DNA of 64,000 nt, from assembly GCF_009914755.1 (NCBI RefSeq), contig NC_060931.1. One strand, 5' to 3'. This document shows, piece after piece, positions 1 to 15,795 of this stretch. The position numbers and the translations under genes are program-made. This DNA comes from the human T2T-CHM13v2.0 reference genome, Homo sapiens. Within the stretch, counting starts at the first letter, position 1. The number at the start of each line of letters is the position of its first letter. The notes under the pieces are model-generated. The model saw only the letters and a program-made list of their open reading frames with translations. It was not told the DNA's origin and did no database searches.

Positions 1-43
1 TCCAAAACTTAAAGTGTAATTTAAAAAAAGAAAGAAAATATGG

Positions 44-68
44 CACACACACACACACACACACACAC
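44..68 (+). repeat. (CA)n microsatellite
   Basis: About 12 uninterrupted CA units. Confidence 0.95.
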
Positions 69-77
69 AAACAACAT

Positions 78-662
78 AAAAGTTTTACATTTTGATGAAG
101 TTCAGTCCTTCTGTTTTTTCTTTTGTGATTGTTCTTTTGGTGTCATTGTCTAAGAAATAGTTGTCTAATCCAAGGTCATGAAATTTACTCCTCTGCTTTC
201 TTCTAAGAGTTTTATAGTTTTAGCTCTTACATTTAGGTCTATAGTCAACTTTGAATTAATTTTTGTAAAAGGTGTAAAGTAGGGATCCAACTTAATTTTT
301 TCCCATATAAATACCCAGTTATCCCAGTACCACTTACTGAAAAGATTATTTTTTCTCCCTTGAATTGTCTTGACACCCTTGTCAGAATCAGCTGACCATA
401 TACCTATGGGTTTATCTCTGGGATCTCATTTCTATTCCACTGATCCATATGTCTAACCTTGTGCTATATTTATGCTAGTCTTGATTACTGTAGCTTTGCA
501 GTAAGTTTTGAAATTGGTAAGTATGTGTTCTCCAACTTCGCTCTTCTTTTTCAAGATTGTTTTTGCTATTCTAGGTTCCGTGTATTTCCATATGAATTTT
601 AAGATCAGCTTATCAATTCCTGCAAAACAGATAGCTAGGATTTTGATAGGGATTGTGTTTAA
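78..662 (-). mobile_element. Old L1 (L1M-type) ORF2 fragment
   Basis: Typical antisense L1 text (ttttgatgaagttcag..., ttctaagagttttatagttttagctcttacatttaggtct..., ttgatagggattg). Confidence 0.85.
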
Positions 663-1369
663 TTTTTTTTTAACTTACAAAGAGTGGCTTTTAGGTAATA
701 GTCAATAAGCTTTTCTAAGCGAAGAAGTTTTTCAAGGACAATCACTTTTAACTATTTTAATTGTTCCAAACGACTAAATATGGGGTATTTATTGTCATTT
801 TTAAATAACTTCATTCATTTTGAAGAAAAATTACATTAAATACATGCAAAACTGAGTTTCAAAGGGTGTTCATGAATAAAGATTTGTGCTACCAAGTAAT
901 CTACAGCACTCTTAGCAAGAACCAGTGCTCTCTAATCAGCAACTTTTTTAAAGATAATTTTGCAAGAGTTTTTTTGCTTTTAAAGAAACCTGATTGCTAA
1001 TTATTAAAAAGAGTACTACATAGCTCCAAGCACTAAGAAAGTGAGCAACAGATTGAAAGATGAATTTTCAGTGAATGAAAATTCAAAAAGCAACAACCAC
1101 ACTTCAATCTGTTGGGGTAGGCTCTTTAAATGCCCCTTTATGGAAGTCTGATTGCCTGGGATTTCAGTTAGTAATACTGTCAAAGAAAAATATCTCACAA
1201 TGCTTCCTCTTATGAGTTTGCATGTCTAACCCTTGCAAGTGATTTTTTTCCCCTACTGCTCTTTCTTCTCCTCAATGCCTCTTCATCGCTTACCTCCACT
1301 TCCTCTTCCTTGAGCCCTCATTTTTTTCTTTTTTTGGGATTTCATGTTTAGATTTTAAAAAGCATTTTA

Positions 1370-1682
<313 letters not shown>

Positions 1683-2399
1683 GTATGTTAAAGTATAGTG
1701 AAAATACATTGTTACTTACATAATTTTTTCTACATCAAGATCACTGCCAACTGATTATACATCCTGCAAAAGTGCCAGGGTCCTGGCTGGGGAATGTGGG
1801 GATCAGTTTGGATGAGCATGCTGATGTATGTCAAGACATGATGCTATCTATTTGTCCACTGACTCTCCAACAAGATAGACTTAGCTGTAATGTTTCCTAA
1901 CAAAATGTTTTGGTACTTCTAAGACAAATTTTTCTTCAATAGGACTCAAGATTGAAGTGACAAATTTTTCTCTATGGCAAACACTATGCAATAAAGGAAA
2001 TAACACTTAAATATATGTGTCATAAATGTGAATTTTGCCAGCTGTAAAATGTCTTATCAAATGGCCACTCCATGGATTATATGAGAAAAATTTTAATTCC
2101 ATGGTTGCAACTTTGGTGTACTTGGTTCGCTTCTGAATCAGCCACCTTCCTACACCATCAGAGAATCTATGTTCAGGGAAGAAAAGTCATTTTAATATAA
2201 CTGTATATGAAATATAAATAGCGGAGTAAATCTAAAAAAAATAAAGTAGCATTTTCCAAAACAAATATGTGATGTTTTTTCTTATCTATTATTTTGAATT
2301 CTCTGACCCACTAGCCTCCCATGTATTATCCTAAATTACCAAAAGTTTAACACGTGTAGATTTAACATGTTTGGGCTTTCTTTAAAAGGTAACACATTT

Positions 2400-2711
<312 letters not shown>

Positions 2712-5700
2712 TTAAATACCCATTTACCCACAGATACATTCACCATCACTGGTGTTACTGAAAGATTTAATCTGCTGGTTAGGTGTGTTTCTGAGAATAT
2801 CTTTGTTTAGTCTGAATTGAAAAAACTCAAACCTCTCCTTGGGCTCTCCTTGCCACAAAACCCTTGTGGAAACTTATTACAAGAGTACACTTTTGCAAAT
2901 AATTGGTATTTTTAAGCCTTCTATGTTTTTCTTAATTTGTAGTTTGGTATTATTAAACAACGTACTCCATGACAGTAGCTTTGAAACTGTTTTTGATTAT
3001 GACCCACATAAAAAATACATTTTACCTTACAACTCACTACACATATACAGGTGTGTGTTTGTGTGTGTGGTATGTCAAACAACAAAAGTTTTATGAAACA
3101 GTATTTACCCTTACCACATGCAATGCATGCTGATATTTTCTATTCTTTCCTTTTATAAAGATGCTGAGTAATCTACCTAGCTGATACCCAGCTGATGTCA
3201 CAACTCAATAATGGTTCCCAATCTGCAGTTTGATCAACATTGTTCAGAGAAAAGACAGTCTTATCACACCAGAGTAATACCAGAATAGGATCTCAGTTTG
3301 TCCCCTGATAACCCTAGCTTTGAATGAGACGCTACCCCATTTTGAGTAACCTCTAAGCCTTGCATTCTTTTCTATTTTCCTTCTTCTGTAATAATCTCAG
3401 ATGCCACCTACCATAGGTAAATACAAACATTCAAAGAGATAAGACAGTAATCCTGTAGTAGTATCAGTCACAGACTTTTTAAAAAACTCCTCCTCTGGAA
3501 CATAACATTCTATAAAATTGGTGGTTATGTAATCAGCAATCAAGAGAAGGGCAAATATTGAAAAAGAAAGAGTCCCACAAAAGCAAAACACAAATAGCAT
3601 TAACAGTTTACACTCTCTCTCTCTCTAGTCTTGCTTTTTATCCTTCGTCCTCCCTAATGTCAATTTTTTTGCCCAGTGGGTAGAATATAGTTGCCTTCTT
3701 TACCCTAATGTCTGCTTTCTTTCCCAGAAAGTTGCTTTTCTGTTAGACTCATGGCAGCCTTCCATGCAGTCTCTCCCCATTCTTGTCTAGCACTCTCTCT
3801 GAATAATGGAAGCTCTTTTATTCAATCCCGGGCACTAGCTCTCACTTGACTCCTCACCCACTAATCAATCACTCATCGCCCAAGGATTCCCAGTAAACTC
3901 TGGCTCCCCTTCCTCCCCTGCCAGAACATCTTTTCAGCTTTCATCAGACAAAGGCACATGATTACATAGCCAACATAGACAAGAATAACACAAAACAAAG
4001 GAAGGGTTTAAAAAAAAAAAAGTTGATTTCATTGCAGACAACATAGAATTCTATTGGGCAGATATTATCCACTGTATCAACTCAGCATAAGATAAAGATT
4101 TTATTTGATTTACCCAGGGATGAGGTGAAATTAATTGAGCAATAGCGAATTCCCTGCTCCTGCTCTTGCTGGAGGAAAAGTCCCTTTAGTAGTTATGGCC
4201 TTTCGGTTTGACTGTACATACACGGACCTTGCTAGTGAGGTTGTGTTATTTTTTATCTTCCATCTTACCACTTCTGAATTTTGTTAATTGCTTTTCCTTT
4301 TTCTACAATGAATCTTTTATTTTACTCAGACACCCAAACTAAATAAAAATTAAATCTGTAACTCAGAGTGGAGTAGAAGTATATCATCAACTTCCTGTTC
4401 AAAACATGTTGTTTCAGCATTTGCCATATTATCGTTTTGGAATCCATACTTAATTATATTATTCTACCTAAAAATATTGGCTAGATAACTTTAATATCAG
4501 GTGGACAAAGCTCAAAAAGAGAATTAACCTATTTGGGTCTTTTTGCTTTATTGTTTTTTTCCATGATTTTAATTAATAGATACCCATATATATTTTTTCT
4601 AACATTATATAGTGGTATAAAAATAAAAGTGAAAATCAACTATTATTTTGCCCCCTAGACATAACCACTGAAAACACTTTGGTATAGTCATGGAGACATT
4701 TTATATATATATATATATGTATGTATGCCTCACACATATTAATGCAATATTTTAGGAAATCTCAAAAGTAGTTGCCGTTAAGTGATTAGAGTAGAAATAA
4801 TTTTTTCCCCATTTCTTTACATTTTTCTCTGCTTTTTAGATTTTTAGTAATGTCCATACATTGGTTGTAAGTCATAATAAATGAAAGTAAAAAAGTAAAA
4901 CGGCTAGCCAAGGAGCCATAGCAAGGAGAGAGGTCATTTTGCTGGCAGAGCAGATGGATGGTAGGGGAGGTAGGGTGCTGGGGAAAGAGGAAGGAGTGTA
5001 GGTAGGGTGGGGAGGGGTCTACAGAGGAAGGAAGTTCTGACTAATCATACCTAATCTTCAGCTCCTGTTGTTGTTTGTTCAAAACTTTCATACTTGGGGG
5101 CACCTTCACAGTCACTTTCAAATATATGTTTATATTTTCCAGGACTTCATAAGGGCTGATTTAAAAAAAACAAAAAACAAAACAAAAAAACTACCTAGGT
5201 CTTTTGCCAATGTCAAGAAGTGAGGAATAATTTAGAAGTATTTCCTTAACTTCTGCTGTTTGGATCATTATGAAAAATCTCACTCATAGATAGGATGTAG
5301 CTGGCAGGAAAGATGTGATTATTATCTGTGTTCCCACCTTCAGGCGCAGAGAGGAGGAAATGCACACGTCTCTGCAGGGCTGCGACTGCCTCCCCATAGA
5401 CCACTATTTCAATGCAACTCTATTAAATTACACTCCTTCGCCAATCCCAGGAAACTCCCCTCTTTCCCTAATGAAGCATTTATCACCATCTCCACACTGA
5501 ATCTACAACTCATGCACTCTCCTGCACCCTCATATCTCAGCCCCATCCATCTCTTCTTCCCTTTGTTTTATTCTAGGAGGGAGGCTTGTTATATATTGCT
5601 TGTATAATGCTTTAATCATGGATTATGGGTTGCTTTATAGCTCCCTGAATGCCTTGGCAAGGTCTCTATATAAATAAAATTATTATTATTAAAGTCAATT

Positions 5701-5917
5701 AATCAGAGACACAATTCACTTTTCAGCATCTGACATCCCGAACACTTACTGATGCAGAAGTCTCATTGCTTATCTCTAGTGTAGGGACATTTTTTGGAAT
5801 CAGTAATATAGAACATAGTTCTACAGATTTCTTTAATTAGATTTGTACATATGTACAAATACATTGACTGGTTAAGGATCAACAATTGATCAGCAGTGAA
5901 ATAAGATATGCTAATGA

Positions 5918-6094
<177 letters not shown>

Positions 6095-6134
6095 TAATGA
6101 TCTTTAGAAAGAGCTAGTAAGACTTATCACATAA

Positions 6135-6437
<303 letters not shown>

Positions 6438-6559
6438 TACAAGCTATTTTTATTCATACTCAGCAAAAGAAACAAAGAAGTAGCTCCCTGTGTATTAGAA
6501 TCTCTTATCCACCTTAATTTCTTTTGATAGGTTATCTGTCTGGAGTAGCTAATTGTTTG

Positions 6560-6845
6560 ATTTTTTCTTTAGTAAACTTTTTGTTAAAGCATACATAATA
6601 TACATACAGAAAAGAGCACAATTCATAATCGTACCGCTCAATAATTTTCACAAAGAAAACACAAAAAGGGCCTCCGAGATATTAAGCAAAAGAACATCGC
6701 AATTCCTCAGAGGCCCCCTCATGCCACTCCAATTTACTACTCCTGCTCAAAAGTAATCCTGACTCCTGTCCCCAGAATAGTTCTGCCTGTTTTGGAACTT
6801 TCTGTGCACACAATCACAGAGGGTGTATTCTTTTGTGTCTGGCCG
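6560..6845 (-). mobile_element. Ancient L1 (L1ME-like) 3' fragment
   Basis: tacatacagaaaagagcacaattcataa...ttctgcctgttttggaactt...ttttgtgtctggc resembles an L1M 3' UTR in antisense. Confidence 0.6.
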
Positions 6846-8944
6846 GTGATTTGTATTTTATGGTTCTTAGGTTTTTAAAATTTATTATCTGTTAAGTATC
6901 TGCCATGAGGCAGGAATGATGTTAAGGGCAGGGACTACAAAGAGTTAACAGACACAGTCCCCACCCTTGATAATCTTTCAGTCCAGCAGGATGACCGACA
7001 TATACACAGATGGGGACAGGTAAGTGTTAGCGGTTCTGCGAAGGAAGACAGTGGGGCTGGAGGAGACAAGGCTCAGTCCCATAGGGGCTCGCAAGGTGGA
7101 TAGAAAAGACTGCTGAGACACCCACCCTGATACCTATTATATGCCTTGAAATTCTCTAAGGACGTGAAGAAAGGACAGGAAGATATGGAATTGGTTGGAC
7201 GAAATTATTCTGGAGGGCCTTCCTGGGTTGTTGCTGGGATCCTCTTTTTTCCCGGGTCATTTTCATTCTTCCTTTTTTAGTTTTTCCACGCCCTTGATCT
7301 CCTCTACTTCCCCTTTCTCTCACTTCTCCTCCCTCTCCCCTCTTCCTTGGTCTCCCTTCTATCAGAGTCTGCAGATCCTCCTCCCACAACTGCCCTGGAT
7401 CTTTCTTTCTGACCGGTCCTTGCTTCTGGGATGAGAAGAGACAGGAGCTCTAAGCCTCTACACCTGTGCTGCCCACAGGCTCTACCTACTTGCCTTCCCA
7501 CTGAGTTTTCTTATGGGTAGTGGGCCCATGGCACTTCCGGTGGCTGAGGGTTGAGCAGGTGGAAAGAATAGATAAAAGGAAGGATAGATGTGGGTGGAGG
7601 ACGGACAGAGAGGACGAGCAAAACCATTTCAACCAATTCTTTTTGGTGTTCCACTTTGAGTCCTTCAGTCAATCAAATTGAGTTTCGCTGATTTAATATT
7701 TTTTGTGCTCCTTGTACCACCACCAAGTACTATTCAATTTCAGATGTTGAGGTGGAGCGGATGTAGTTTTGCTCTGTTGTTTTGCTTTGGCTCCAGCAAA
7801 TTCATCTTTCTCTCCAAGAACCCAAAAGGTGGTTTGTGGTGATTGCCTGTCCACTGAGAAGAAGCTGCTCTTGTGTCCCCTGCCAGAGGGATGCTACCTG
7901 TTCAGTGTCAACAGGAGACCACTTAAAACACCAGCAAGGGATCTGGACCTCCTGCTTCATCATTATGCCAAGAATCCCCACCCTGTATTTCTTTTTCATC
8001 TGATTCTGACAGCGTGGTTTTTGTGTCTTACCCATTGGCTGCCTAAATTGGAGACTTGGCTGAAAATACACTGGCTGAAGTTTAGTCCAGACAAGATGAA
8101 TGCCCAGGGTTGGTAAACTATAGAAATTGGAAGAGATAGCCCTAGTACCTCTTTTCATGGGATTTTTCCCTAAGGGGATGTTAGATTTTCAAGGGACAGA
8201 AAGTGACCATCATTTGGCAAGTGTTATGTAATATTAAGAGGCAGAGTATTGAGATGGGGAACATCCAAGAGCTTTGCATCAAACAATCTGAGTTTAAATC
8301 CTGGCTGCATCAACTAGCTGGGGGACCTTGAAGCCTATTCAGTCTGTCATTTGGGGTGGTAATGCACGCCTCAAAGGTAGTGAGCTGGAATCAGTGAGAT
8401 CATGCATGAAGAGGGCCTGGTAGGTGCTTGGCACAGCTCCCTCCATAAGTTGTGTCTTTACAGCTCTTGGATAGGATTCTGTTTTAAAACCAGAAGATCC
8501 TCTTGTATAAAATGCCAGGGTTTGCCAATGTCAGTGCCCTGTGATAAAAAGCATTTTGGAGGTCAGATTTCACAAGAGGCATGGTTGAAACTAAAATTTT
8601 AAATCTCCAATTTGCATGTGAATGAATACATCTTATGGAGTGCTAGATCAAAGGCCTACTGATCCCATCAACTCTTCAACATGTAGATTCCGTGTGAGGA
8701 TCAATGAGCCTACCTCAGCATCCAAGTCCTGAATAATAGACTGGCTGCAAGTTCGTTTAGAGACCTAAGGTGCTTATTGTTAAATAAAAGGAAAGCTTGA
8801 TTTATGATGTCTGGAACTTCCTAAAGAGGTTCTTTGTGCTTCTTTGAGTTGAGAATTCCAACAAAATCAGAAAAAACAACTAATATGGCAGCTCAAATAT
8901 CCAAGTCCCATTCTAAGGTAAAAACCATGGAATAGGAATACCCT

Positions 8945-9337
<393 letters not shown>

Positions 9338-9689
9338 TTATTTGCTGATTAGTGTCTTAAAGGATGTATGGGAGAATTACATGTGTGTATCTTGTGTGTG
9401 AATGAAAGTACATCTTTCTTATGCCATAAAGAGCCTGTTTTGTACCTGGAGTCATGTCTTGTGTTGGAGTTAGAGATGGGAAAACACACAGTGCCTGTTC
9501 CGAAGGCGGCCACAATCTAGTATTTGAAATCCAGACTCCTCAGTGTGGTTTTCACACGTGATGGAAAAGTTTCTCCAAGGAAGAACATCTTTGAAGTTAT
9601 GGTAGAAAATAAGATGTGAGGCCAAAACAATTGATTTCCCTTTTTTTTCTTATATGCTACATAAGGAAATCCCCTTAGCTCTACCATGA

Positions 9690-10385
9690 AAATATGACTG
9701 GACTCTATCCACTTCTCACCACCCCTCCTGCTACCACTCAAGACCATTGCCATCATTATCTGTCACTGGGAATAGCCTCCTAACTAGGTCCCCCTCTGTA
9801 CTGTATTCTAGACACAGCAGTCCACTGATTCTTTTAAAGAGCACTACTCCTGTATTCCAGGTCCTATGCTCACTCAGAGTAAAAATCTAAGTCCTTACAA
9901 TATGAGATCTGAGCTCATATTCCCTCTCTGGCCTCATCTCTCGCCTCTCCTTGACCACTCTGTTCTACTCCACTGACCTCCTTACTGCTCTCAGACCCCC
10001 CATCCTCTCAGCTACACTACCCCAGGACGTTTGTACCAGTTCTCCTCTTAGCCTGGACCATCCTTCCTCCATAAAGCCACATGACTAATGTCTCTTGATC
10101 CTTAAACTTTTATTCAGTTGTCGCAATGAGGCTTACCCTTACCACAGTATTTTAAATCATCCCCCCCGACACACACACCACCCCGACTCTGGTACTCCGG
10201 TACTCCTCTTATATTTCCATCATTGACTTACTGCTCTACGTTTGTGTAATTTACTTTTAATTATGGTTATTGTTTGTTCTTTGTTTCCTTCCACTAGAAT
10301 GTAAACTCCATTTTTGTTATTTTATTCGCTAGTCTATTCTAATCATCTGGAACATTTAACAACACATATTAAATGAATAAATTAA
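9690..10385 (+). mobile_element. L2 3' fragment
   Basis: aatagcctcctaactaggtccccct...cacagcagtccactgattcttttaaa...ccactagaatgtaaactcca...aaatgaataa matches the L2 3' end. Confidence 0.75.
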
Positions 10386-11920
10386 TCACATAACCAGGAT
10401 AGAAAAATACCTTAGAAATAATCTGATCTCCAACTTGATAGCTCAGATTTTTCAGGATGCATCTAATATACAAACCAAGGACAATCTGTACTCATGTGCT
10501 CTAAATTCAGGTATGCTGAGAATGGACTCCTTGGACATGGATTTATTTACAAAGTTCAACTCAATTTCGACCAGTACTCCTAAAATTATCTGTGGTGAAG
10601 AAATTTTAAAAATTCAATCTGTCATGAAGCAAGACTTTTATATGTTACAATAATGATGAATTTCTAGAATACCAAAATTTAAAAATACACATACAAAAAT
10701 AATTAAACTAAAGATAATATATAATGTATGCGTGTTAGGTTCAATAGTAATGTAACTACTCTGTCAAATTGCTATACAAATTTGGAACACTTACTTTTAA
10801 TTTCTTTTCTTGTGGCATGGTGGGCGAGTAATGACAGTTGGAGAAACACACTGAGGAGCACGTCTAGGCTTGACTTTGAAGCTCACTCTTCAATTGTTCC
10901 CTTACCAGACTCTCAATACCGCCCTCTCGTGCCCTCAGTTTAACAGGGTTGTCCTATGCACTTTGCTAATTGTGCTGTCCACAGTGTCTTTCTGGAGGAG
11001 ACCTCCAGAGCCTTCCTTTGGAATTCTTGCAAATTCTAGTTTTCCAGAAGCCCAGTGAGTTGACCTTCGGAATGTGAGGATAAAGCCTTAGCTTTCCAAA
11101 GTTGCTTATTCTTCTCTTTATATTTTATTATGTTCACTCTTATTAAAAAACACATTTCTTAAAATACAACAAGCTTAATACGATTTGTAAGTATAATACC
11201 TGGGGACATCTAAAAATAAATCTAAAATTTTATCAATACGTATGAATGAAGTGAACAATGTATTTCTCTTATTTCACAGCAGTTGAGTCTATTGCCTGGA
11301 TACAATAATAATAAGAATTGTATCCATAAAAAAGATGCGACCATTTAATGTTTTGGGGGAGGAAGTTGAAATATAATTTAGAAATAAGAAAGTAGTAAAC
11401 TCATATTTCTCTAGATATTTTAAAAATATGATACATGCAAAAAGAGTTCACATTTTAACGTGTTGTAATTTCTCTTCTGAAAAATATCCTGACTGAGGAT
11501 GTGTGATGTTACCAAGCATTTGTTTTCAGTTTATGTACAGGATTCTCCATGGAGATATGTCCATAACATGAAGGCATCCAATATAGAAAATGACATGCAA
11601 TGCCTTTATTCTTCCAGTTTAATTAATGCTATGACAACCACTTGGCAGAGACTGTGGTGAAGAGGAGGCCTCTGTAGGGAACTGCAGGTTATAAGCAGTA
11701 AGGAGACTGTCAAACTATTATTGGGACCCAACATATCAAAACCCAAGCTTTTTTAGCAGCATCACTGGAGATAAATTCCAAGGAGAACAAGTAACTCAAA
11801 AAATTGGGTTGTTTAGTAAAAGGAAAGTTGATAGTGGTAGGAATCATATTTTTAGAATGCATTATGAATACCTAGAAAATGGTTTCCCAAATTTAGAAAA
11901 CAAAACAAAACAAAAATCCT

Positions 11921-12253
<333 letters not shown>

Positions 12254-13209
12254 TCACAATGCCCTGAGTGCTTTGAGAAATTCAAGATTATTTCCTTCCT
12301 TCAAGGGTGATTTGTTGAGCCCCAAGGCTGTACTGGGTGCAGTGGTGAACAAGACAAAGTCCCAGCTGCCACTGAGTGAGCCAAGGGGACAGATAAGCAA
12401 ATTGTCAGATACAGAATAGGTGGATAATGAGAAAGACTGGGGAAAAATAAAACACTTAGGACTAGAGAGCAAAGTGGGGGTGCCATTGCAGTCAGGGGAA
12501 TCAGGGAAGGTCTCTCTGATGTTTGGGCTGAGACCTAAGTGAAAGGAGGGAATGGGCCACCAGGAAAAGTGTTCCAGACCAGGAGAGAGCTAGGGCAAAG
12601 GACCAAAGCCCATGCCTGTTTGCTGAGCTTGAGAAAGAGCAACAGACCAGTGTGATGGAGCACAGGAAGCAGGTGGAAGGCGGCAGGAAGGGAGGTGAGG
12701 GAGGAGCCAAGAGTCTATTTTGCAGGACCTCATTAGGGTTCCCAACTCTATGAAATGAAGGCCCCCTTTAGATAACTAATATTTCCCAATGGCCCTTTTA
12801 TTTATTTATTTATAGAGATGCTTATAGAAGTTTCATTTATAATAATCAAATTATAGAAACAACTCAAATGTTGTATTCTGGGCTAATTCAGTGTGTGGTA
12901 AAACCTTGTAAAAATTTGTGTTTATGTGTAAAATGGAGTGAGGATCTAGGCTCAGGTCATAATTAATAGGACTTTCAAAAGTCTTATTGGACCTAGGACA
13001 ATTTTTCATTGTATGAGACTGTTCTGAGCATTGTGTAACAGCTGGCATTCCTGGTCCCACCTGTTAAATGCCAGGAGCACCTCCACAGGTCTCCCATAAA
13101 CCCTCAGCAGACATCATCTTCTTGAAAGCCATTGCAATTGGTTGTGACAATGATGGAGTCTTTGGGTTTTATGAGACGGTGTTGGGGAGTTTAGAGCATT
13201 GCTATAGAT

Positions 13210-13412
13210 CAGTGCTGTTCCATAGAACTTTATGCAGGGATGAAAATGTACTATTATTACCCCTCCAACAGGTAGCTACTAGCCACAGGTTGCACAAGGA
13301 CTTGAACTGTGGCTAGTAAGACTGAGGAACTAAATTTCTAATTTAGTTTAATTTCAATTTATTTAAGTTTAAATATCCATGTGGCTAGTGGCCGCCATGT
13401 TGGACAACACAG
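13210..13412. mobile_element. MER3-like hAT-Charlie MITE
   Basis: cagtgctgttccatagaactt...actgaggaactaaatttctaatt...gtggctagtggc...ttggacaacacag. Confidence 0.8.
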
Positions 13413-13854
13413 CTACAAACTATAAATATAGATCCCCAACAACCAGTTTTTTCTCTTGCTCCTTTTCCACCCCTTTTTACTTTCATGGCCATTTCTTTTT
13501 GATTCTGCTGATTTGAAAAGCCAACTCCTTGGAAATGTTGGACTCGGAGCACTGCACCAACACTTACTTAAGGGCTAATAAAGTAATACATAATGGTGGC
13601 TTCCCTGAATTCCTTATGTGTGGTTACAGCTGGGAATAAGCCCCTTTCACTTAATACCCAGTGTCTCTTACCAAATACTGGGCTAACAGTGACTGGGGCA
13701 GTTACCCAGAAAACAGAATGCCTGAATGCAGAAGTGCCTCTCCCCTATAGACAGGGACTGAAGTATCCCAGCAACTTGAGCCTTACAAGACCACGTTGCA
13801 GCACAGTGAGGGTGGAGATGAGAGAAGAAATAATAGGGAAAATTAAAAGAGAGT

Positions 13855-14220
13855 TGATATGGTTGGGCTGTGTCCTCACCCAAACCTCATCTTGAACTGT
13901 AGCCCCCATAATCCCCATGTGTCATGGGAGGGACCAGGTGGGAGGTGATTGAATCATGGGGGTGGGTTTTTCCTGTGCTGTTCTGGTAATAGTGAATAAG
14001 TCTCATGAGATCTGATGGTTTTATAAAGGGCAGTTCCCCTGCACAAGCTCTCTTGCCTGCTGCCACATAAGGTGTGCCTTTGTTCCTCCTTTGCCATCTG
14101 CCATCATTGTGAGGCCTCCCCTAGCCATGGGGAACCGTGAGTTTATTAAACCTCTTTTTCTTTATAAATTACCCAGTCTCGGGTATGTCTTTATTAGCAG
14201 CCTGAGAACAGACTAATGCA
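13855..14220 (+). mobile_element. THE1 (THE1B-like) MaLR solo LTR
   Basis: tgatatggttgggctgtgtcc...gagaacagactaatgca, TG...CA ends, perfect 5-bp TSD AGAGT. Confidence 0.95.
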
Positions 14221-14834
14221 AGAGTAAAAGGAGCCAAGAGAGGATGCAGGAATGATCCATGAGTACAGTTTAACCTGGAGCCGAGTGAGGGAAGACTTTA
14301 ACAAACAGTACAGTAGGATCAAAACCAGGAGACAAAGGTATCTTGCTACATGAGTGGTGGAATCCCAGTTTGGTGAGGCTCCTCTGCCAACTAGACCCCA
14401 CCTGCACTCTTCCTGAAGAAGAAAGCATTTCTTGCCCCCTCCAGTTTTTGCTCACCATTTTCCCTTCAAATCGTACCAGTTCTTCAGTACCTAAGTCACA
14501 GGTCACCATCTTTCTTCTAGGCCTTCCCACTCCTCCACCCTGTGTGCCTCTATCACAGCACTCATCCCAACCAGCTGCAGTGAAGCCTCCCCAGAACCTC
14601 TAGTGGGGATGGCCTCCTTTCCTGAACCCGCTCAGCACTTCCTTGGTCAGGACGCAACATGGCTGTGTGCATCCTGGTCATCTCCTTCACTAGAGGAAGC
14701 ACCTACAGCCAAGGGTGGGGTCTCATGCATTTATGTATCCCCTGCACAGAGCCTGGCCAAGGTAGGTGCCTGATGAACTTGGGTGTATTAGAATCTAGTT
14801 ACTTTTCTCCTTAACAAAGAAGAGAGTCTGCATA

Positions 14835-15319
14835 TGTTAGCATAATAATGGCTCCCCAAAAAACATCCACCTCCTATTCTCCTAAACCTGTGAATATGTT
14901 GCCATGAATGGCAAAAGCAACTCTACAAATGTGATTAAGTATTTTTAAATAGGGGGATTATCTTGGTGGGCCCAATGTAATTACAAGTGTTCTTACAAGG
15001 GAAAGGAAGAGACAGAAGAGGTAGAAGATGACAGAAGTGGGGCCAGAGATAGGGATTTGAAGACGCTATGCTCCTGGGTTTGTAGATGAAGGAAGGGGCT
15101 AAAGCAGGGAATGCAGACAGCTCCTAGAAGCTGGAAAAGGCAAGGAAACCATCTCCCCTAGAGCCTCCAGAAGGAACTCAGGCCTGCCAACACATTGATC
15201 TTCAGCTCAGTGAAACCCATTCCAGACTTCTTACCTCCAGAGCTGTAATATTACCGCTGTGTAATTGCTTTAAGCCACTAGCTTTGTGATTTGTTACAGC
15301 AGCAATAGTAAAGTAATAT
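14835..15319 (+). mobile_element. MLT1 (MLT1D-like) MaLR LTR
   Basis: aataatggctccccaaa...ctagaagctggaaaaggcaaggaaac...ttgttacagcagcaatag. Confidence 0.85.
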
Positions 15320-15451
15320 TCCCTGACTGCCCTTGAGCTGCCAGAGGCCTCTCTCTTTGGGCCTAGGGCAGCCTTAAGGAGCACTGCTTTGAAGTCTGTG
15401 ATTGCCCTTTAAACAACAAAGATGTTCCACGTCTTTCTAAATGTGTCCACA

Positions 15452-15795
15452 GGCTGGGCACAGTGGCTCGCACCTATAATCCCAGCACATTGGGAGGTCA
15501 AGGTGGGTGGATTGCTTTGAGGTCAGGAGTTTGAGACCAACCTGACCAACATGATAAAACCCCATCTTTACTTAAAATACAAAAACAATTAGCTGGGCAT
15601 GGTGGTGGGTGCCTGTAATCCCAGTTACTCAGGAGGTGGGCTGAGGTAAGAGAATCGCTTGAACCTAGGAGGCGGAGGTTGCAGTAAGTCAAGATCATGC
15701 CACTGCGCTCCAGCCTGAGAAACACAGCAAGACTCTGTCTCAAATAAATAAATAAATAAAAATAAATAAATAAATATAAATATAAAAATAAATAA
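15452..15795 (+). mobile_element. Alu (S-like), full length
   Basis: Alu dimer with (TAAA)n tail. Confidence 0.95.
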
